Source of the DNA: Haliotis cracherodii
Taxonomy: Eukaryota
Assembly (NCBI RefSeq): GCF_022045235.1
Contig: NW_027266265.1
Coordinates: 18,724,001 to 18,788,000 of the forward strand
DNA length: 64,000 nt
Direction: 5' to 3'
The notes under the pieces are model-generated. The model saw only the letters and a program-made list of their open reading frames with translations. It searched no databases and was not told where the DNA came from. Position 1 is the stretch's first letter; the number at the start of each line of letters is the position of its first letter. This document shows positions 27,401-39,400 of the stretch, in pieces. The position numbers and the translations under genes were made by a program.

Positions 27401-30400
27401 TTATGATTCTCCTGGAGTTATTAGTCATAAATGTCGAAGACCTTCATCACGACCTCCAATATTAGCTCATACACTCTGATATAACAAAAATGCAGCTCAA
27501 ATTGACTTAAAACCCAAATGACTCACTCATGTGTGGAGTGCCAAATTCTGCTACTGTAACAGAATCTACAATGGAACCAGTAGTGGATACAATCCTGGAC
27601 ATACTGGGCACTGGATCACCAGTATTGTTTGTATATTTGTTTATCATTGCACTCAGCAATATTCCTGCTATATGATGGCGGTCTGTAAATAATCGAGTAT
27701 GGACCAGACAATCCAGTGATTGACATCATGAACATTGATCTACGCAATTGGGATTCGATTCAACCATGTCAGCGAGTCTGACCACCTGATGCCGTTAGTC
27801 TCTTATGACAAGCATAGTCGCCTCTTACAACAAGCATGGGTTGCTGAAGACCTCTACCCAGATCTTCATGGGTCAGATCAGCAGTAGCTGACACTTGTCT
27901 TCAGCTTGGGGCGGTCACAATGTGGGATCCTGCTGAAGGCCTGGGACAAGTTTAAAAAAAGAAAGATCCCAACAATAAGAATGTTGTGAGTCTTTGTCAA
28001 ACCATGGGAATAATGACTACCATAGTGCAAGGATCACAATGTGAAACATAAGCTATCAATCACTGGTTGATCTTGTGAGGATATCATTATTCCAAGGCTC
28101 ATCATAGAGATGCGATACCCCCTGCCTCATGCAGCCTCACCTTCATCTCTGGCAGCAGCTCTTTGCTGGGTGTGGAAGGTGTGGACGCAGGGCTGGGAAT
28201 CTTCAGCGCCTCCGCTGACCCACCTATCGGTAACACCCCCTTCTTGTCATCAAAGAATGCTATCAACTGTGTGTACACCCCGGGCACCTCCAGCTGATGT
28301 CTGAAAACATGCAGACCTCTTACTGTCTGATCTCAACAAAATATACTAGTATATGTTTCAGTCATGATTGGAAAACATCAAAAATGTAACGGTTAAAAAG
28401 TTATAGATGCAACACAATTGTCCATGGCAACAAATCAATAATAAATATCAATTTAGTTAAGATCGATGCCATATTACACTATCAATAGACAATGAAACTA
28501 CACACTGTCAATGTCAATCATTAATTAAACTAGTACCTATTCAGTTTGATAAAGTACACCTTGCTTGAAGCCAAAGATGGGTATCTATTCCAAAATGTTA
28601 AAAAACTGGCGTCATACAACTATTGGAGGTACCTCTCAAGAAATCTTTGCAACATGAGTAAACGTGCCTTCGGTAATTACCACTGGTCATGATACCACTG
28701 GTCATGATACCAATGCAAACCAAGAAAAACTCAAGAAACGATATAGAGCAAAATCTAGTTTGCCTTCAATTGAGAATTAGAAGTCCACAACTCACAATTT
28801 CATTTGAGATCATATGCATCATTTTCCATGCCTCAGTTGTAGAAGAATGACACAATATTTTCACATTCAAATCAAAGACCACTGTTTATCGGTTATTATT
28901 TACCTGACTTGGGTCTCCAGGAACTGCACGTGTTTGTAGAGGGAGGATGTCAACCTATTGACCACTGTTTATCGGTTATTATTTACCTGACTTGGGTCTC
29001 CAGGAACTGCATGTGTTTGTAGAGGGAGGTATAGGATGTAGACAGGATCCCCACTGACTTCATCCGTGCCCCTCGCTCGATCTCACTCTCCACCTTCATG
29101 TTCTCAAAACAAGCCAGGCCATACAGGTTCTCCTTCCGGAAGTAACTGTACAACAAAACACTGACTGCAGTTCTGGTGCCCGTGTGATGCAAGTGAAACT
29201 GAGTAACACTAGCAAGCAAACTGGAGAAAAATGCATGATTTCGTGCCAAATTGACATACAGTCGAACCCTGTGTCTTGAACTACTGGGAACCATAGAAAC
29301 AGTTATTCTTATCTGGGATTTGACACATCCGGTCTTCTCTTCTGACCCAGCTATCAGACATCAAGCAAACATTCTACATTTACATTTACATCATATATAT
29401 GGAAAGAATGACAAGCAGAAGCAATTGTCATATCTACATTTATGCATCTGTATGCATTTTATTCATATCACAGGATTATCATGATATCATATGACAATAA
29501 CAATAGTAAATAAATACACACATTTATCAACGACTTATCAGGGTAAGTTTTAATTGGTATTAACACCTGGGGCTATAAATTGAATTTGTCACAACCAGGA
29601 TCTTGACACATCCAAGTTTGAGACAACAGGGTTCGCCAGCGTTTGAAATTACAGCTCACGTAAGAATTACCTTTCATCTGACCAATCAAAGCGTCGCTTA
29701 GCAGATCATGAAAGTGGCAGTCGAAATGTGTATTCTAATCATGCAACCTCAAAAACGTTAACACGGGGCATTCCAAACAACTGATTCAAAATTACCGTCT
29801 GTCACTCGCTTAACCATATATTTGATATTCCAGAATGTCCCTTTGTTCAGTTTTCAAAATTTTAATCGAGTACTGTGTCAACATATTTTTCAAACTTAGT
29901 CTCAAGTGGAATCATTAGTTTTGTGTGTGTTTTAAGTCTTTTATTAACAAGTTTATGTCATTTTGTTCAAATTTAAGGCTGTTCAAGCTATATTGGTGAT
30001 CTTCAAGGACATTAAAAATCAAGGCTTTTCAAGAATGACCTTATAATTCAAGGCCTTTTTAGAGACTGTAGGAACTTTGCAGGATACTGATGCAAGGGGA
30101 TGGGACATATTACTGTACATTACCATCAGGGGTATGGGTCCTCAATGAGATTGGGTGTGTGTAGTGTTGCAAAAATACTTGTTGTAGTTGTGAAAATAGT
30201 CTTAAATGGTTTATGGTATCACTTATTAACATGATTAAGGATACGATATTCAGTTGTGGTTTTCATCTCTTAATAATTTGAGAAAGAAAGTAAGCATGAC
30301 AAAAGCTTACAGTTTGCAGACTTGGTATGTCATGTCTTTAATACACAAGAAATGAGTAAAACAACATGATACAATGCCTGAGAAAAAACTTGCACTTTAG

Positions 30401-33400
30401 TTACTCACACAAAATCCTTGTCCAGAGTGTGGGAACCACTAGCCATGGCCTTGAACTCCACACCATCAAGGTCAGTTTCTTCTGGTAAACACCATTCCAC
30501 AAGGTTACCTGAGGACAGAGCCAGTCATGTTACAAACAAGCTAATACACCTTTCTGACACGCCAGTTAACAATGGTTCATTACAGCTAACTTATCTACAA
30601 ACCATAAAAATAGCTGCTTAGCCTTTCTAACACATAAAATCAACTTTTTGACATTTTCGCAGTTGTTCAATTGTCTATATTAATCATGAGGAATACACCT
30701 TATATTCTATGAGTATGAAAATATTATCTATCAATATCATATTAGTGATGGGTGGGTGAGTTGGGTTTAATGCCGCTTTTAACAGTATTCCAGTTATATT
30801 GCAGCGTGACCACCTATGGAGGTGTCTCGATCCTCTCATAGTAAAAGATCTCATATCAGGTATTTTCTAATATTTGTTTTTGAAATGTCCTTTTGAAATA
30901 TACAAAGCTTTCTTGGCAGACATGTATGAGGGCTGGTCAAAAAGTTCTTAGCCTGACTTTCAACTATGGGCCATAACAAAGTGAACTAGTCAATGTAGTA
31001 CACTGTTTGAGCAGTTCATTGCAAGTGTATTTGGTCTGTTGAGACAGTTTGTATATTGGTGATAGCCAGTTGAACGTGATAGGGGTCTAAATAGACACAG
31101 AAATGGAAAAGAACGAATACTGAGCAGTCATCAAGTTTTTGTACTTTATAGAAAAGTACTCCCCAAGAAATTCATGACCCCATGTCACAAGCGCATGGGG
31201 ATAAATGCCCCAGCTATTCCACTGTTCCAGCTATGTTCAAGGCTGGGAGGACAAGCCGTGATGATGACCCAAGGCCTGAAGTCCCTCAACTTCAATTAAT
31301 GAAAATTCAATCAAGGAGATAAATTTATACCATCAGATAGCGATATTACCATTGCTGAACTTGGATCCACTGAAACTGTTATTCATGAACATTTACAGAT
31401 GAATAAGATATCTGCTTGCTGGGTACCACAGTTACTAAATTCTGATCTTAAGGGAAAAAAAGAACTGACATTGCTAGAGAATGTGGGTTTCGAAAAGCTC
31501 CATACCCGCCAAACCTGGCACCAAGTGATTTCCACTTGTTTCCTTAACTAAAAGAACACCTTCATGGAAAGCGCTATGACGACAATGATGACCTCAAAGA
31601 TGCCGTTAATGGGGTTTTCAGGGTGGCTTCAGAAAGCCTTTTTCTGACTGGAATTGGATGACTAGCTTCACTATCAATATGAGAAGAGTATTGAAAAGCA
31701 GGGAGATTATGTTGAAAAATAAAATTAAAAACTTTCACTAATGTCTTTTTTGTTTGTTAGGCTTAGAACTTCACGACCACCCATCGTATTCTACTACAAG
31801 TCAAACTCCATATACATGTACATATTTGAACCTGACCAAATCTGATGTACTGGAACTAAAACTTGCAATGTTACTGAAAGATGTTGAATGTATGGTGATA
31901 CTAGTGATTGATTAAATACGGCGAAAACATTTTCTCAGCTGTCATATCCACCCTCTTGTTTTCACTCTTAACATGATTCAACCAATATCAAATATTCTGA
32001 AAGATAAAATTTACATATTGTCAACTCATCATGATGTATCAGCAAGCTGTTACAGTTCCATGAAACTTGTATGTTAATCAGTATTTATATCAGTTCTAAA
32101 TATTGAACTATAAACAACTGAACACACACCTGTTACCATCGGAACTCAGCAGATTTGTATCTCTAACACTTTAACCAATCATAATCAATTATCAAGCACT
32201 TCTACATGTTGCAGAGAAGCAAATTATGCTCTTTGTATACAAAAAGTTGATTTCTACAAATATTTGACATTTGACTATTTTCACCGCTATTTTGCATTTT
32301 ACCATGTTTACACCAAAGGCAATTGAATCTGTTTCGGCAGATAATTGAAACTTGCTATTCTCTGATGTTGCCATATTATATTTTAATTAAATTATGTTAA
32401 CTTTATCATAAGCTTGTCTTGCCCAAGAAGTGAACTATTCAGATTACACTTTAATTGATAGACACCGAGGACTTGCAGAAGAGCTGTTTGATCCTCCATC
32501 TTCTAGGAATTAACTAAATGATTGTATGATTGTCCAAATGGTTACAATGATCATTACGGATAAAGAATGAGGGGGAGTTGGCCTGTTTTGTGGAAAGAGA
32601 GTAATGTAATAAGTTTTTGAAAGGCATTTAAAAGTGATACATATAAGGAAGAGAATCTATGGATGTCAACTTTTTTATTATGAGGAACACAACATTTCGG
32701 AGTATATGATGAAGGAGTAAGCATATAATAAAGAAGTTGACATCCATAAATTCTCTTCCTATGTAATAAGCTGCTCAGAAAAAAACATAGGCAATCTACA
32801 AAATTCTAATCTAATCTGCTTGTTGTAATCTCCAGTTCAGCATCTACTGGGTACACAGGTTCAAAGTCAAGCATACCAGTGAACAGTCATGCAGTTTTCC
32901 TTCCACAATATTTGGAAATGTCACCGTCTTTTCTCCTACATACACCGTCTCCTTCAAGTAGTTCAAGTATAGGAACGCTGAACTTAGTATAAGGGACATA
33001 TCAGATTATGCCACATACATGACAGACTGTTAACTGAGGAAGGAATCTGCCAAAAGTACTCATCAGTACTGTAACTTTTGGCTTGACTCTAATTGCTGAA
33101 GAGATGTCCATTACACTTTTATATTGGATTCCAAAGCTCTATAAATATCTGTTCAATGAGAGATTGCTGGGTCCAGTAAATGTACTACCAAATTCCTGCC
33201 TCAGAGATTAACCATAATCCTCAATTCAATCAAGGAAGGACTTTCTTAATATTCACAGAAAGTATTTGAGACAATTGGAAATCATACCAGTTGTGGATTG
33301 TCAGAAAACCCAAAAGATTTGTTCAAGTTTTTAATCTCATAAAAGAATCAAGTTCAAATTTGTCAAACATTTGATTTTTCAACCTTGTACACCACAATCT

Positions 33401-36400
33401 CACACGACAAACTTAAGGAAGATCTTTATTCCTTGATCTATCACTCAGGTTCCATGAACCATATACTGAGAAGTTGGAACAGTCTTAAGTTCAGTGTTCT
33501 CTTTCCTCAGAGCAACACCGTAAACCATATGTTATTACTTTATAACTCAAAGGAATCAGCTACTGAGTTTACATCTCAACTTTGCTGTTAAGTTAACCAT
33601 AAAATATGGTATATGTAGGTCATTTTGTATTAACATTTTGTTAAAATTTGGGCTGATTGGATGTAGCTTGCAATCATGGTGTCTATCCATTAATTGGGTT
33701 TGCATATTAAAACTTAACTTAACATTAAAACTTAAATTACACTTACATTTACATTGTAAATAAGCAGCAAACTTTGACACATTCCTGAGTTAGCCCCTGG
33801 TCAGTTGTAGGACACTTTCTTACATCTGATAACAGTGGCCTTCTTTAAACCACTGTTGCAATGGTAACATGTTCTTCATCATCACAATGAAACAAATTGT
33901 ATGCCAGCAACTGCAGCAGAAATGATTGTTGATTACATGAACCACCCTCAGCTATTAAACACCTATAATTCCCTGCAGGAAGGCAACAGACACATGTAGG
34001 CTGCAGTCTGACATCAATCAATAGTCCCTCTGTCAGCAGCAACACACCACACACACAGAACAACACTCTCGTATTGATCTGCCAATAGACATGCTGTTTG
34101 ACGGTGTTCCCTTCTGCCAGTCTCAATAAGTATGTCCATGTGATTTATGTACAGTAACTGGTATCAATTGTCATGACTAGACTTGTTAAATACACAGTTC
34201 TACACAACAGCTGACAAGCATAGAAGATGGGTTAGAAGTCAGTCATAAACATCAGCCATGCTGATATTACAGTTTCATTTTACATACCACAGTAAATATG
34301 CTATAATGCAATGAATAATTTAAGTTATTGGCAAATTACTTGCATGAAAACAAAACATAATATTTTTTACATTTGTCATCATATTTTTCTGACCCTCTGT
34401 GAATGTTCATTCTTTCAGGCTCTCCCATAAGGCAAACGAAAATGTCCAGGTAGATTATCACATAATGGACACACTACCCCAATCATACACTTTTCTTCCA
34501 CTACATTTGTTCATAATTCTCACAATGATTGTTTCAGAATCATCTCACTGCACCTGTCTGTGATTTTGCTGCCTTGATTTTTTTCCAATAAATCCATATA
34601 AGTTTGGACTGTGTTGACATGGTGTGAGTGTGAGTATGGTTATACACTGCTTTCAGCAATACATGTATTCCAGCAATACCACGGCGCGTGGCACCAGAAG
34701 TGGGCTTCACACACTGTCATGTTGTGAATAACGAGAATAGCATCCTCTCCCAAACAAGTTAAGATTGGAACACAAACTTACATAAAGACAAGTTAAGATT
34801 GGAACACAAACTTACATAAAGTCAAGTTAAGATTGGAACACAAACTTACATAAAGACAAGTTAAGATTGGAACACAAACTTACATAAAGTCAAGTTAAGA
34901 TTGGAACACAAACTTACATAAAGTCAAGTTAAGATTGGAACACAAACTTACATAAAGACAAGTTAAGATTGGAACACAAACTTACATAAAGACAAGTTAA
35001 GATTGGAACACAAACTTACATAAAGTCAAGTTAAGATTGGAACACAAACTTACATAAAGTCAAGTTAAGATTGGAACACAAACTTACATAAAGTCAAGTT
35101 AAGATTGGAACACAAACTTACATAAAGACAAGTTAAGATTGGAACACAAACTTACATAAAGACAAGTTAAGATTGGAACACAAACTTACATAAAGACAAG
35201 TTAAGATTGGAACACAAACTTACATCAAGTCAAGTTAAGATTGGAACACAAATTTACATCAAGTCAAGTTAAGATTGGAACACAAACTTACATAAAGACA
35301 AGTTAAGATTGGAACACAAACTTACATAAAGACAAGTTAAGATTGGAACACAAACTTACATAAAGTCGAGTTAAGATAGGAAATTAAACAAGTATGGAAT
35401 TTGACTAATTATCATATATCATTCTCAATCAATACTGGTATGTTGTTTGTTGTTTAACGCCAGAATCAACAATATTCCAGCTATATGACAGCAGTCTGTA
35501 ATTAATCAAGTCTGAACCAGACAATCCAGTGATTGACATCTTGACCAACGATCCATGCAATTGGGATATGATGACATACATCAACCAAGTCAGCAAGTCT
35601 GACTACCCCCATTTGTTGCCTCTTACGACAAGCATAGTCACCTCTAAGGGAAAGCATGTGTTGTTTAACACCTATGCTAAGCCAGGTCTTCACACTGAAT
35701 GGAAATAATGCAATTACACACGCTTCATCTGCTGATAAATACTGCCTGTCTGTATGTGGGTGATGTTCCCTGACGTCACATAGCCACATCAATGTTACAA
35801 TGACATGACAACCTTGCACACAGCTACATTCTCATCAACAAGGAGTCCTATACATATATTGTAGTCCTATATATAGATTGTTATATCATATATACTTTGC
35901 CATTGTTGGAATAAGAAGTATCAAATGTTTTTCATTAAGTCAGTAAAAAACAGAAAAAAATTATGTTAGGTTTGAAACTTGAAACCTAAAGAAGCCGTGG
36001 CAGTCAACAATGGTGATCAGGAAAGTGATATCCTCAGAGATAGTATGATCTAACACAATGAACCTATATCCTGATGAGATGGGGGTGAGGTAGCCTAGTA
36101 GTTAAAGCATTCGCTTGTCATGCCGAAGACCCGGGTTCTATTCCCCACATGGGTACCTATGATTGTAGGTTCGAATCCTGGTTTGCCCCAATTATGTTTC
36201 TAGGTTTGTCAGCACCATACCCATGCTCATGGGTTTCGCCGAAGTGGTAAACGTCTGAGACCTACATCACTTCGGGCTTTCCTCCCACATTAATCTGACA
36301 TGCTGTGATATAACCATAATACTGTTAAAAGCGGCGTTTAACCCAACTCACTCACTGAATCTTGGGTGTATATTCACTTGTACATTCTGTTGTTTTTCTT

Positions 36401-39400
36401 GTTGTATAACAGCACTTAGTTTCAACAGTAATACAAAATATAGACAGTGGCCTGGGGCAGACAATCCAGTGATTGATATAAGGAGCAGCGATCCACGCCG
36501 TCAGGGTATGTTGACACAACCAAGTCAGCATTTAGTTTCCTCTTACAATCAGCATAGGTCGCTGGGCTTCAAGTTTGACCAAGAATCCCCACAGTGCATG
36601 TGTATACTGAGTCGATTACTGACAAACAAATACATAACATTACCATGATTACTTGTGGACAGTCATTTTAAAACTTGTTATAATATATTTCACAGAACAT
36701 GTGAGTACTATGCAGAGTATGACGAAGAACAGAAGATGCTTACATCCGATAATATTGGAAAAGTTCTATTACTGCTTCGGAACATTGGAACAAACTACCA
36801 TATTTGGTGACACTGCGGTGAATTCGTAGACACAACCAACTCAAAGACACAACTTACAGTAAACTCATAGACAAACCAAGAGTGAATTTGTGGACACATT
36901 TTTTAGATGTTGTAAATGAATGAATATTGATGTGCATTTCATTGACCCAAACAACAGGGTTTTTTTCACAAGAAGGCATATGAGTGGCTGCATCACTTCC
37001 AAAAGGAAGGACACATTTTCACTGGTTGAGTGTTTTCTTTTTTGAATAAAGTGTTAAATAATAAATTTGATAAGTATTAGTATTTTGTTTGCAGGATCCT
37101 TTGTAAATAAATTAATGATCAGGTAAGTATATTCGTGGCGAGTAGGACAAGAGGATCATTGGGTAAAGTGGTGAGTGAAGTACAGGAAGTAGGGGATTGC
37201 CGTACTATTGTTTGGTCATACAAGGTTCAGAAGGATCCTTTGTAAATATAGAGAATCTCACCCGAGTGTCTTTTGATATCAAATATATCAGCGAGTGTTG
37301 ATATATTTGATATCAAAAGACACGAGGGTGAGATTTTATTTATCATCCAACATCATTCTTTCAACTTTTTCAATTTGTAGACAGTAATTAGCAGTGTCTT
37401 CAGTGTAAAAAGTACTGCAAACAGCTTCAGTAGCAGAGCCATTAGTGATGTCATTTGATTGTGACGTCATGGTAACCAGTGATGTCACAATGGTCTGCAA
37501 AGCATTGTGATGTAATTTCATTGCAGCGATATCTACAGTGTAGGTATCGCAAAAGCGATATCTACAGTGTAGACATCGCTTGATCTCATCCAAGCGATAT
37601 CTCCTGTGGGAGCCAGTTTTGGATGATAAAATACTATAAATAAATAATTGGGTAAATAAATCCAAGCAGAGAAGGACAAAAGGATAACAGTAATATTTAT
37701 TGTTATTCAAAATTTAAGATGCGAAAGAAATTTGCCACATAAAAATTAAAAATGTATATGTAATAGATACATGTATATTTATTTAAGTCTATTTCCCAAT
37801 TTTATTCTTTTGTTTCAGAGTTCACCCTGAATTTTGTCAATGAGTTGGGAGTGCCTCAGTTTCTCCATGGCTACAAATTAGTCTGTTTACAAATTCACCT
37901 GTAGCCAATAGGTTGGGGACTAACCATATCTCCTTGCGGCTCCCTATAACTGATTTTGATATAGACTTGTTGTGACACAGAGCTACAGACTGTTCCATTG
38001 TGTTTTCCTGATAGATTCTGAATTCAGAACACACCGCACAAACAACCCTGCCATAATGTACATGAATCATTATCCTAAGAAAACTGCAACACGATTTGCT
38101 TCCCAAAACACATGCCTTCAAATATGTGTACTTAAAGTTTTCATCATGCAACTTTCTATGTACTTATTGGGCTGGAATCATCAAGAGGGTACACATTTTG
38201 GGCCATCCTCGCTAAGTACAATGGCGGATAGAAAATCTCTACAAGTAAATATAGTGTTGCACAATCTAAAATATAAGTAGTTGAATTTGAAGGCAAGTGT
38301 CTTACGAAGTGAAAGATGTAGCATCTGTCATTAGATCATGACACATGCATTTTGCTAAAGCTTTTAAAAAGCAAGCAAATTTGGATCAGGGATCTGTTAG
38401 AAAATCACTATGGAACAGACAGCAGCTCTTTGTAGAGACAAGTCAATATCAAAATTGTTTATACAGAGCAGCAAAGAGATAAGGTTACTGCAGCTGTTTG
38501 GGGATAACCATAGAACAGGAATATAAGAAGATGTTTTAGTCAGTACATCTAAAATCCCAATCAGCAGTGATCAGTGCACATTATACATCATAGCAAGAAC
38601 CAATTTCTGACTTCAAGCCGACAGTGCATTTGTTTTATGATCCTTTTACCCTGTCATTCGTGGATTAATCTCCACTTAAAACCAACAATTCTTTTGAGAA
38701 AAAGCGAGCACCTTTAGAATACAGTACCACAACTTCTCGTGAGGATGATCTCTGTCGTAGGTCACGTGTCTTAAAGACAAGCAACCAGTTTTAGTGAGAA
38801 TCCGTTGCACAAGAACTTGCTACCTTCGGATCATTAGCAGGACAGATAATCGACTTAGCTACATCCACACTGTGAAACTAAAAGCAAATTTACCTAGTCA
38901 TGCCTACGATGTTACGGGACTGAATGAAAAGGGTTGAATAGGTTGAATGGCAAGGTGTCTTTAGTCTACTGATGCTTAATAGTGATCCCAATGTCATTTG
39001 GCACACTTGTCCCTTTCCATAATCTACAAGATACTGAATGGTGTGGAATGAACTGATGTGGCGCTAATGAAAACGGTTCCAGGTGCAGATGTTGAACTTG
39101 CGGGTGCTCATGAATGACATTGTAATAATTTGTCAGATGACTTTGTGACAGAAAAGTGTGGTAGGGAACACTAGTGGTAAGGATAATGTGGATCATAGTA
39201 AGGAAAAAAGAGGAATAAGCATGGGTAGTGACACCACAAGGATGAGTCTGCTCTTGAATCATTACTGAATATAACATCACGGGTGAAAATGGTTTCTATG
39301 AATGTTCCAGGACAGTTTCCTGTAGACAAAATATTCAACACTAAACCATTTCATTGTGCTTTCTTGATGTCTTTGTGACTAACACCGGTGACATTTGGAT

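Noticed and set aside
34755-35377. 34-bp array as a CRISPR locus
   Set aside because: Head-to-tail units with no unique spacers, no cas genes, and located in a eukaryotic intron
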